A DNA stretch of 64,000 nucleotides from Macrostomum hystrix (taxonomy: Eukaryota; Animalia; Platyhelminthes): the NCBI GenBank assembly GCA_950097015.1, contig CATNEN010000024.1:6820001-6884000 (forward strand). Direction: 5' to 3'. The notes beneath the pieces were generated by a model. That model made no database searches and was not told the origin of the DNA. It was given only the letters and a program-made list of their open reading frames with translations. Of the stretch, positions 23,501 through 35,500 are shown one piece after another. Both the position numbers and the translations under genes were made by a program. Numbering within the stretch: the stretch's first letter is position 1; each line of letters opens with the position of its first letter.

Positions 23501-26500
23501 GTTTTGATTCATTACTTAGTTCCGCGAGTTTGGTGACTGCATTTTTTCCTACAAAGAATCCTTTGTCGCTGTAGTAGAGCTTTTGAAGTTTCTGATCTGT
23601 CATTATTTTTTATTTAATTTTTTATAAAAATGATGCAACGCTTTGGTGGAAACTTAGACTCACATGGACTGGTAGAAAAGCTTCCTCATCCAAACAAAGG
23701 CTGGACAATTCCCGGCTACAAATATTGCGGGCCTTTGAATCCGCTTGAAATACAGCTAGATAAAAACAATAATCCAAATCCTGGGCATGAACCCGTGAAC
23801 GAGCTAGACTCTGTCTGTATGTGGCATGATATTAAGTATAGGGATTTTCCAGAGGAGAAGACTCGCTGGGACAAAGAAATGCTCAGAATGCTAGACAATA
23901 TGGGGACTTCAAGCGGGTGGAGGGAATCGATCGCTCGGAAGCTAGTTAAAGCTGTTATTTTTGGTAAGACAAAGTTGGGGTTGGGGATTGGTGGCTGTTT
24001 GTGGGAAGAGGGGTGCGTGTGTGGGAAGGCGGGTGTGGAGTGTGGGGGTAGAGATAGGTTTGGTTTTGTATTGCAGGCACCAAATAGAGAAATGGGAAGA
24101 CTGTTGAAAGAGTTGGGAGTTGAGAAAGCTTAGCAGTGGCAGATTTTCCAACGCGTTGGACAGCTTTGACCTTCAAATGTACTTTAGTGACCAGCCGAAC
24201 ACAAAGCGAACACACAAGAAGACACAGGAGGCGCGCAGCGAAAAGCGACCTCAATAGCTATGTATTTTATGACGTCAGCATGCAATTAATGACATATGCA
24301 GAAAATGAAAAAGCGCAAGCACCCATGCAAACCAAAGCATTCGCAACATAGAAGGAGAAATGGTTGAGAAATACAGTCTGTGCGTCACCGAAGCGCTGTC
24401 GATTTCAGCTGAAGGAGTATCAATCTTATTGAAGATTCTTCCAAAAATCTTCATCGGCGCGGCTGACTTCCCTCAAATGAGGCAAGATCGCTTGCAGTTT
24501 TCGCAATGGTAGAGACAACTGTTGAATCGTCGGAAAGTCTACGGCGATCATTGCCAGCTTCATATAGAAATATGCTGTTGACTTCTTGATACCCATCTTC
24601 TTTTGATTTTCGTCCAGAAAGCTCGCAAATCCTTTCTTCCGGTTTGTCAGCTTCTGCTGCACTGTTTTAAGTATTTGCCCGGCTGCAACAGCCAGGTATA
24701 TAATGTTCCGGCGATTGTGCTCGATGTCGCGGTTGATGTTTGACAGGTGCTCTATGGCGATCTTAAGCGAATTTCTTCTCTCAAATGAGAACACTTTGAA
24801 GCCATGTGATACACATTGCGGCCCTTTGATGACATTATCCTTTAGTGTGGTTTTGAGCTGATTCAGCCTTTCCTTTGTCTTCTCTTCTTTCTGTTTTAGT
24901 TTTTCTTCTTCGGTGAAATCTTCCTCGTCATCGTCTTCTTCAAGTGTCGCCTCCAGTTTTTTAAGTTCAGAAAGCGCAGCTGTTTTCTTACCCGACCACT
25001 TTGTTTGTCGATCAGATGGAAGATCGGCAAACATTCCATTCAGTGTACTTGTGATGGATACGGTGTCGGTCCTAATCAACTGTGATTGCGTCGGCGCTAA
25101 AAGCTGGTCTTCTTCTTGCGTCGAGATCTGCATCGGCGATTCTACGAGCGTTGGTACCAAAGATAAATTGCACGCGAGTTCGTCAGAGATACCAGTTTTC
25201 TGCGTCATGTTTTTAGGTTTTGGACTAGGAAGCGCACTGAAAAAAGCTGGGATTTGAGCCACTATGGTACCATGCAGTGTCTAGCGATATGCGTGCATAT
25301 TTATACACGTTCACTTCACGTGACGGGGCGTTCTAGAATATTCCCGAACCAGCTGTCGTACCCAATCCGCTCAACACCACCCGCCACACAGCAAAATATC
25401 ATTCGCTTGTACGTAAAAATATCGATTTTAATGCAGTCTAGAAGTCTTAAACCTATTGTAACGAAAGTCTATAGCTGCTTAATGATTTCTGCAAAGTTAT
25501 AGTAGCTGTCATAGTCCTTGACGTAGGTTACTCCATACTTATGAAACCAGTGACTTTGGAGAGCTTGATTAATATTAGGGACGTTGATATCAACGCCGGG
25601 CCAATATTTCTTCATGTACTCGCTGCATTCTCGTTTGCATTGGTACTTACTCTTGTAATTAGGCTCATGCCTTTTGTAATAAGATCCTGGAGAGACGATT
25701 GGGAGCATTTTTAATGTGAATTTAATTTTTTTTTCGGAGGATGAGCACCCAAGGTTTGGGGTCTTGATTGGGATTTTAGTGCTAATTTGATTGTCTTGGC
25801 ACGCTTTTTGCAGCTTCGCTATTTTGTGCATGATCTCTTAGGGAGTGGCTGCGGTAATTTTTTTGTCCAAGTTCAGAAACTGGAAAGTATTTTTTTTTGG
25901 CGGGGAATGGTTTGTGCATTAAGGAGGCTGCGATAATTTTTGTCCTAGATATTCAACTTACAAACTGATGTGGGATATTAAAAGTAGAGAATTTAGAATA
26001 TGGAGACGGAGTTTTTAGAGGGGCGAGGACCCTTTTTTTCCTGATCTCTTCGGGAATAATAAAAGTAATGGTTTGTGGATAATGGAGGCTGCGATTATTT
26101 TTGTCCTAGAAGCCCCCTCTTGCATACTACTTCTGAGACTAGTTTTACTCTGTGCTCACAATCTGAGACTAGTTTTGCTCTGAGCTCACAATCTGAGACT
26201 AGTTTTGCTCTGAGCTCACCATCTGAGACTAGTTTTGCTCTGAGCTCACCATCTGAGACTAGTTATACTATGTGCTAACAATCTGAGACTAGTTTTGCTC
26301 TGAGCTCACCATCTGAGACTAGTTTTGCTCTGAGCTCACAATCTGAGACTAGTTTTGCTCTGAGCTCACCATCTGAGACTAGTTTTACTCTGAGCTCACC
26401 ATCTGAGACTAGTTTTGCTCTGAGCTCACCATCTGAGACTAGTTTTGCTCTGAGCTCACAATCTGAGACTAGTTTTGCTCTGAGCTCACCATCTGAGACT

Positions 26501-29500
26501 AGTTTTGCTCTGAGCTCACCATCTGAGACTAGTTATACTATGTGCTAACAATCTGAGACTAGTTTTGCTCTGAGCTCACCATCTGAGACTAGTTTTGCTC
26601 TGAGCTCACAATCTGAGACTAGTTTTGCTCTGAGCTCACCATCTGAGACTAGTTTTACTCTGAGCTCACCATCTGAGACTATTTTTGCTCTGAGCTCACC
26701 ATCTGAGACTAGTTTTGCTCTGAGCTCACAATCTGAGACTAGTTTTGCTCTGAGCTCACCATCTGAGACTAGTTTTGCTCTGAGCTCACCATCTGAGACT
26801 AGTTATACTCTGTGCTCACAATCTGAGACTAGTTTTGCTCTGAGCTCACCATCTGAGACTAGTTTTGCTCTGAGCTCACCATCTGAGACTAGTTTTGCTC
26901 TGAGCTCACCATCTGAGACTAGTTTTGCTCTGAGCTCACCATCTGACACTAGTTATACTATGTGCTAACAATCTGAGACTAGTTTTGCTCTGAGCTCACC
27001 ATCTGAGACTAGTTTTACTCTGAGCTCACCATCTGAGACAGTTTTGCTCTGAGCTCACCATCTGAGACTAGTTTTGCTCTGAGCTCACCATCTGAGACTA
27101 GTTTTGCTCTGAGCTCACAATCTGAGACTAGTTTTGCTCTGAGCTCACCATCTGAGACTAGTTTTACTCTGAGCTCACCATCTGAGACTAGTTTTGCTCT
27201 GAGCTCACCATCTGACACTAGTTATACTATGTGCTAACAATCTGAGACTAGTTTTGCTCTGAGCTCACCATCTGAGACTAGTTTTGCTCTGAGCTCACAA
27301 TCTGAGACTAGTTTTACTCTGAGCTCACCATCTGAGACTAGTTTTACTCTGAGCTCACCATCTGAGACAGTTTTGCTCTGAGCTCACCATCTGAGACTAG
27401 TTTTGCTCTGAGCTCTCCATCTGAGACTAGTTATACTCTGAGCTCACCATCTGAGACTAGTTTTGCTCTGAGCTCACAATCTGAGACTAGTTTTACTCTG
27501 AGCTCACCATCTGAGACTAGTTTTGCTCTGAGCTCACCATCTGAGACTAGTTTTGCTCTGAGCTCACCATCTGAGACTAGTTTTGCTCTGAGCTCACCAT
27601 CTGAGACTAGTTATACTCTGTGCTCACCATCTGAGACTAGTTTTGCTCTGTGCTCACAATCTGAGACTAGTTTTGCTCTCCGCTCACAATCTGAGACTAG
27701 TTTTGCTCTGAGCTCACCATCTGAGACTAGTTTTGCTCTGAGCTCACCATCTGAGACTAGTTTTGCTCTGAGCTCACCATCTGAGACTAGTTTTGCTCTG
27801 AGCTCACCATCTGAGACTAGTTTTGCTCTGAGCTCACCATCTGAGACTAGTTATACTCTGTGCTCACCATCTGAGACTAGTTTTGCTCTGTGCTCACAAT
27901 CTGAGACTAGTTTTGCTCTGAGCTCACCATCTGAGACTAGTTTTGCTCTGAGCTCACCATCTGAGACTAGTTTTGCTCTGAGCTCACCATCTGAGACTAG
28001 TTTTGCTCTGAGCTCACCATCTGAGACTAGTTTTGCTCTGAGCTCACCATCTGAGACTAGTTATACTCTGTGCTCACCATCTGAGACTAGTTTTGCTCTG
28101 TGCTCACAATCTGAGACTAGTTTTGCTCTGTGCTCACAATCTGAGACTAGTTTTGCTCTGAGCTCACCATCTGAGACTAGTTTTGCTCTGAGCTCACCAT
28201 CTGAGACTAGTTTTGCTCTGAGCTCACCATCTGAGACTAGTTTTGCTCTGAGCTCACCATCTGAGACTAGTTTTGCTCTGAGCTCACCATCTGAGACTAG
28301 TTTTGCTCTGAGCTCACCATCTGAGACTAGTTTTGCTCTGAGCTCACCATCTGAGACTAGTTATACTCTGTGCTCACAATCTGAGACTAGTTTTGCTCTG
28401 AGCTCACCATCTGAGACTAGTTTTGCTCTGAGCTCACCATCTGAGACTAGTTATACTCTGTGCTCACCATCTGAGACTAGTTTTATTCTTTGCTCACAAT
28501 CTGAGACTAGTTTTGCTCTGAGCTCACCATCTGAGACTAGTTTTGCTCTGAGCTCACCATCTGAGACTAGTTTTGCTCTGAGCTCACCATCTGAGACTAG
28601 TTTTGCTCTGAGCTCACCATCTGAGACTAGTTATACTATGTGCTAACAATCTGAGACTAGTTTTGCTCTGAGCTCACCATCTGAGACTAGTTTTACTCTG
28701 AGCTCACCATCTGAGACAGTTTTGCTCTGAGCTCACCATCTGAGACTAGTTTTGCTCTGAGCTCACCATCTGAGACTAGTTTTGCTCTGAGCTCACAATC
28801 TGAGACTAGTTTTGCTCTGAGCTCACCATCTGAGACTAGTTATACTCTGTGCTCACAATCTGAGACTAGTTTTGCTCTGAGCTCACCATCTGAGACTAGT
28901 TTTGCTCTGAGCTCACCATCTGAGACTAGTTTTGCTCTGAGCTCACCATCTGAGACTAGTTTTGCTCTGAGCTCACCATCTGACACTAGTTATACTATGT
29001 GCTAACAATCTGAGACTAGTTTTGCTCTGAGCTCACCATCTGAGACTAGTTTTACTCTGAGCTCACCATCTGAGACAGTTTTGCTCTGAGCTCACCATCT
29101 GAGACTAGTTTTGCTCTGAGCTCACCATCTGAGACTAGTTTTGCTCTGAGCTCACAATCTGAGACTAGTTTTGCTCTGAGCTCACCATCTGAGACTAGTT
29201 TTACTCTGAGCTCACCATCTGAGACTAGTTTTGCTCTGAGCTCACCATCTGACACTAGTTATACTATGTGCTAACAATCTGAGACTAGTTTTGCTCTGAG
29301 CTCACCATCTGAGACTAGTTTTGCTCTGAGCTCACAATCTGAGACTAGTTTTACTCTGAGCTCACCATCTGAGACTAGTTTTACTCTGAGCTCACCATCT
29401 GAGACAGTTTTGCTCTGAGCTCACCATCTGAGACTAGTTTTGCTCTGAGCTCTCCATCTGAGACTAGTTATACTCTGAGCTCACCATCTGAGACTAGTTT

Positions 29501-32500
29501 TGCTCTGAGCTCACAATCTGAGACTAGTTTTGCTCTGAGCTCACCATCTGAGACTAGTTTTGCTCTGAGCTCACCATCTGAGACTAGTTTTGCTCTGAGC
29601 TCACCATCTGAGACTAGTTTTGCTCTGAGCTCACCATCTGACACTAGTTATACTATGTGCTAACAATCTGAGACTAGTTTTGCTCTGAGCTCACCATCTG
29701 AGACTAGTTTTACTCTGAGCTCACCATCTGAGACAGTTTTGCTCTGAGCTCACCATCTGAGACTAGTTTTGCTCTGAGCTCACCATCTGAGACTAGTTTT
29801 GCTCTGAGCTCACAATCTGAGACTAGTTTTGCTCTGAGCTCACCATCTGAGACTAGTTTTACTCTGAGCTCACCATCTGAGACTAGTTTTGCTCTGAGCT
29901 CACCATCTGACACTAGTTATACTATGTGCTAACAATCTGAGACTAGTTTTGCTCTGAGCTCACCATCTGAGACTAGTTTTGCTCTGAGCTCACAATCTGA
30001 GACTAGTTTTACTCTGAGCTCACCATCTGAGACTAGTTTTACTCTGAGCTCACCATCTGAGACAGTTTTGCTCTGAGCTCACCATCTGAGACTAGTTTTG
30101 CTCTGAGCTCTCCATCTGAGACTAGTTATACTCTGAGCTCACCATCTGAGACTAGTTTTGCTCTGAGCTCACAATCTGAGACTAGTTTTACTCTGAGCTC
30201 ACCATCTGAGACTAGTTTTGCTCTGAGCTCACCATCTGAGACTAGTTTTGCTCTGAGCTCACCATCTGAGACTAGTTATACTCTGTGCTCACCATCTGAG
30301 ACTAGTTTTGCTCTGTGCTCACAATCTGAGACTAGTTTTGCTCTGTGCTCACAATCTGAGACTAGTTTTGCTCTGAGCTCACCATCTGAGACTAGTTTTG
30401 CTCTGAGCTCACCATCTGAGACTAGTTTTGCTCTGAGCTCACCATCTGAGACTAGTTTTGCTCTGAGCTCACCATCTGAGACTAGTTTTGCTCTGAGCTC
30501 ACCATCTGAGACTAGTTTTGCTCTGAGCTCACCATCTGAGACTAGTTTTGCTCTGAGCTCACCATCTGAGACTAGTTATACTCTGTGCTCACAATCTGAG
30601 ACTAGTTTTGCTCTGAGCTCACCATCTGAGACTAGTTTTGCTCTGAGCTCACCATCTGAGACTAGTTATACTCTGTGCTCACCATCTGAGACTAGTTTTA
30701 TTCTGTGCTCACAATCTGAGACTAGTTTTGCTCTGAGCTCACCATCTGAGACTAGTTTTGCTCTGTGCTCACAATCTGAGACTAGTTTTACTCTGAGCTC
30801 ACCATCTGAGACTAGTTTTGCTCTGTGCTCACAATCTGAGACTAGTTTTGCTCTGAGCTCACCATCTGAGACTAGTTTTGCTCTGAGCTCACCATCTGAG
30901 ACTAGTTTTGCTCTGAGCTCACCATCTGAGACTAGTTTTGCTCTGAGCTCACCATCTGAGACTAGTTATACTATGTGCTAACAATCTGAGACTAGTTTTG
31001 CTCTGAGCTCACCATCTGAGACTAGTTTTACTCTGAGCTCACCATCTGAGACAGTTTTGCTCTGAGCTCACCATCTGAGACTAGTTTTGCTCTGAGCTCA
31101 CCATCTGAGACTAGTTTTGCTCTGAGCTCACAATCTGAGACTAGTTTTGCTCTGAGCTCACCATCTGAGACTAGTTTTACTCTGAGCTCACCATCTGAGA
31201 CTAGTTTTGCTCTGAGCTCACCATCTGACACTAGTTATACTATGTGCTAACAATCTGAGACTAGTTTTGCTCTGAGCTCACCATCTGAGACTAGTTTTGC
31301 TCTGAGCTCACAATCTGAGACTAGTTTTACTCTGAGCTCACCATCTGAGACTAGTTTTACTCTGAGCTCACCATCTGAGACAGTTTTGCTCTGAGCTCAC
31401 CATCTGAGACTAGTTTTGCTCTGAGCTCTCCATCTGAGACTAGTTATACTCTGAGCTCACCATCTGAGACTAGTTTTGCTCTGAGCTCACAATCTGAGAC
31501 TAGTTTTACTCTGAGCTCACCATCTGAGACTAGTTTTGCTCTGAGCTCACCATCTGAGACTAGTTTTGCTCTGAGCTCACCATCTGAGACTAGTTATACT
31601 CTGTGCTCACAATCTGAGACTAGTTTTACTCTGAGCTCACCATCTGAGACTAGTTTTACTCTGAGCTCACCATCTGAGACTAGTTTTGCTCTGAGCTCAC
31701 AATCTGAGACTAGTTTTACTCTGAGCTCACCATCTGAGACTAGTTTTGCTCTGAGCTCACAATCTGAGACTAGTTTTGCTCTGAGCTCACCATCTGAGAC
31801 TAGTTTTACTCTGAGCTCACCATCTGAGACTAGTTTTGCTCTGAGCTCACCATCTGACACTAGTTATACTATGTGCTAACAATCTGAGACTAGTTTTGCT
31901 CTGAGCTCACCATCTGAGACTAGTTTTGCTCTGAGCTCACAATCTGAGACTAGTTTTACTCTGAGCTCACCATCTGAGACTAGTTTTACTCTGAGCTCAC
32001 CATCTGAGACAGTTTTGCTCTGAGCTCACCATCTGAGACTAGTTTTGCTCTGAGCTCTCCATCTGAGACTAGTTATACTCTGAGCTCACCATCTGAGACT
32101 AGTTTTGCTCTGAGCTCACAATCTGAGACTAGTTTTGCTCTGAGCTCACCATCTGAGACTAGTTTTGCTCTGAGCTCACCATCTGAGACTAGTTTTGCTC
32201 TGAGCTCACCATCTGAGACTAGTTTTGCTCTGAGCTCACCATCTGACACTAGTTATACTATGTGCTAACAATCTGAGACTAGTTTTGCTCTGAGCTCACC
32301 ATCTGAGACTAGTTTTACTCTGAGCTCACCATCTGAGACAGTTTTGCTCTGAGCTCACCATCTGAGACTAGTTTTGCTCTGAGCTCACCATCTGAGACTA
32401 GTTTTGCTCTGAGCTCACAATCTGAGACTAGTTTTGCTCTGAGCTCACCATCTGAGACTAGTTTTACTCTGAGCTCACCATCTGAGACTAGTTTTGCTCT

Positions 32501-35500
32501 GAGCTCACCATCTGACACTAGTTATACTATGTGCTAACAATCTGAGACTAGTTTTGCTCTGAGCTCACCATCTGAGACTAGTTTTGCTCTGAGCTCACAA
32601 TCTGAGACTAGTTTTACTCTGAGCTCACCATCTGAGACTAGTTTTACTCTGAGCTCACCATCTGAGACAGTTTTGCTCTGAGCTCACCATCTGAGACTAG
32701 TTTTGCTCTGAGCTCTCCATCTGAGACTAGTTATACTCTGAGCTCACCATCTGAGACTAGTTTTGCTCTGAGCTCACAATCTGAGACTAGTTTTACTCTG
32801 AGCTCACCATCTGAGACTAGTTTTGCTCTGAGCTCACCATCTGAGACTAGTTTTGCTCTGAGCTCACCATCTGAGACTAGTTATACTCTGTGCTCACCAT
32901 CTGAGACTAGTTTTGCTCTGTGCTCACAATCTGAGACTAGTTTTGCTCTGTGCTCACAATCTGAGACTAGTTTTGCTCTGAGCTCACCATCTGAGACTAG
33001 TTTTGCTCTGAGCTCACCATCTGAGACTAGTTTTGCTCTGAGCTCACCATCTGAGACTAGTTTTGCTCTGAGCTCACCATCTGAGACTAGTTATACTATG
33101 TGCTAACAATCTGAGACTAGTTTTGCTCTGAGCTCACCATCTGAGACTAGTTATACTCTGTGCTCACCATCTGAGACTAGTTTTATTCTGTGCTCACAAT
33201 CTGAGACTAGTTTTGCTCTGAGCTCACCATCTGAGACTAGTTTTGCTCTGTGCTCACAATCTGAGACTAGTTTTACTCTGAGCTCACCATCTGAGACTAG
33301 TTTTGCTCTGTGCTCACAATCTGAGACTAGTTTTGCTCTGAGCTCACCATCTGAGACTAGTTTTGCTCTGTGCTCACAATCTGAGACTAGTTTTACTCTG
33401 AGCTCACCATCTGAGACTAGTTTTGCTCTGAGCTCACCATCTGACACTAGTTATACTATGTGCTAACAATCTGAGACTAGTTTTGCTCTGAGCTCACCAT
33501 CTGAGACTAGTTTTACTCTGAGCTCACCATCTGAGACAGTTTTGCTCTGAGCTCACCATCTGAGACTAGTTTTGCTCTGAGCTCACCATCTGAGACTAGT
33601 TTTGCTCTGAGCTCACAATCTGAGACTAGTTTTGCTCTGAGCTCACCATCTGAGACTAGTTTTACTCTGAGCTCACCATCTGAGACTAGTTTTGCTCTGA
33701 GCTCACCATCTGACACTAGTTATACTATGTGCTAACAATCTGAGACTAGTTTTGCTCTGAGCTCACCATCTGAGACTAGTTTTGCTCTGAGCTCACAATC
33801 TGAGACTAGTTTTACTCTGAGCTCACCATCTGAGACTAGTTTTACTCTGAGCTCACCATCTGAGACAGTTTTGCTCTGAGCTCACCATCTGAGACTAGTT
33901 TTGCTCTGAGCTCTCCATCTGAGACTAGTTATACTCTGAGCTCACCATCTGAGACTAGTTTTGCTCTGAGCTCACAATCTGAGACTAGTTTTGCTCTGAG
34001 CTCACCATCTGAGACTAGTTTTGCTCTGAGCTCACCATCTGAGACTAGTTTTGCTCTGAGCTCACCATCTGAGACTAGTTTTGCTCTGAGCTCACCATCT
34101 GACACTAGTTATACTATGTGCTAACAATCTGAGACTAGTTTTGCTCTGAGCTCACCATCTGAGACTAGTTTTACTCTGAGCTCACCATCTGAGACAGTTT
34201 TGCTCTGAGCTCACCATCTGAGACTAGTTTTGCTCTGAGCTCACCATCTGAGACTAGTTTTGCTCTGAGCTCACAATCTGAGACTAGTTTTGCTCTGAGC
34301 TCACCATCTGAGACTAGTTTTACTCTGAGCTCACCATCTGAGACTAGTTTTGCTCTGAGCTCACCATCTGACACTAGTTATACTATGTGCTAACAATCTG
34401 AGACTAGTTTTGCTCTGAGCTCACCATCTGAGACTAGTTTTGCTCTGAGCTCACAATCTGAGACTAGTTTTACTCTGAGCTCACCATCTGAGACTAGTTT
34501 TACTCTGAGCTCACCATCTGAGACAGTTTTGCTCTGAGCTCACCATCTGAGACTAGTTTTGCTCTGAGCTCTCCATCTGAGACTAGTTATACTCTGAGCT
34601 CACCATCTGAGACTAGTTTTGCTCTGAGCTCACAATCTGAGACTAGTTTTACTCTGAGCTCACCATCTGAGACTAGTTTTGCTCTGAGCTCACCATCTGA
34701 GACTAGTTTTGCTCTGAGCTCACCATCTGAGACTAGTTATACTCTGTGCTCACCATCTGAGACTAGTTTTGCTCTGTGCTCACAATCTGAGACTAGTTTT
34801 GCTCTGTGCTCACAATCTGAGACTAGTTTTGCTCTGAGCTCACCATCTGAGACTAGTTTTGCTCTGAGCTCACCATCTGAGACTAGTTTTGCTCTGAGCT
34901 CACCATCTGAGACTAGTTTTGCTCTGAGCTCACCATCTGAGACTAGTTATACTATGTGCTAACAATCTGAGACTAGTTTTGCTCTGAGCTCACCATCTGA
35001 GACTAGTTATACTCTGTGCTCACCATCTGAGACTAGTTTTATTCTGTGCTCACAATCTGAGACTAGTTTTGCTCTGAGCTCACCATCTGAGACTAGTTTT
35101 GCTCTGTGCTCACAATCTGAGACTAGTTTTACTCTGAGCTCACCATCTGAGACTAGTTTTGCTCTGTGCTCACAATCTGAGACTAGTTTTGCTCTGAGCT
35201 CACCATCTGAGACTAGTTTTGCTCTGTGCTCACAATCTGAGACTAGTTTTACTCTGAGCTCACCATCTGAGACTAGTTTTGCTCTGAGCTCACCATCTGA
35301 CACTAGTTATACTATGTGCTAACAATCTGAGACTAGTTTTGCTCTGAGCTCACCATCTGAGACTAGTTTTACTCTGAGCTCACCATCTGAGACAGTTTTG
35401 CTCTGAGCTCACCATCTGAGACTAGTTTTGCTCTGAGCTCACCATCTGAGACTAGTTTTGCTCTGAGCTCACAATCTGAGACTAGTTTTGCTCTGAGCTC

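Larger units (their letters stand above)
10770..26131. mobile_element. Complete Polinton/Maverick (adintovirus-like endogenous dsDNA virus), 15,362 bp
   Basis: AGTAGT...ACTACT ends, long TIRs, 6-bp TSD, and pPolB, integrase, ATPase, protease, MCP and mCP ORFs. Confidence 0.97.

Noticed and set aside
11212-24351. Antisense or overlapping ORFs within the Polinton (e.g. 12872-13393, 12416-12691, 20592-20903, 23955-24254, 24136-24351)
   Set aside because: No recognisable motifs, lacking the A-rich start context, and mostly shadows of real genes on the opposite strand.
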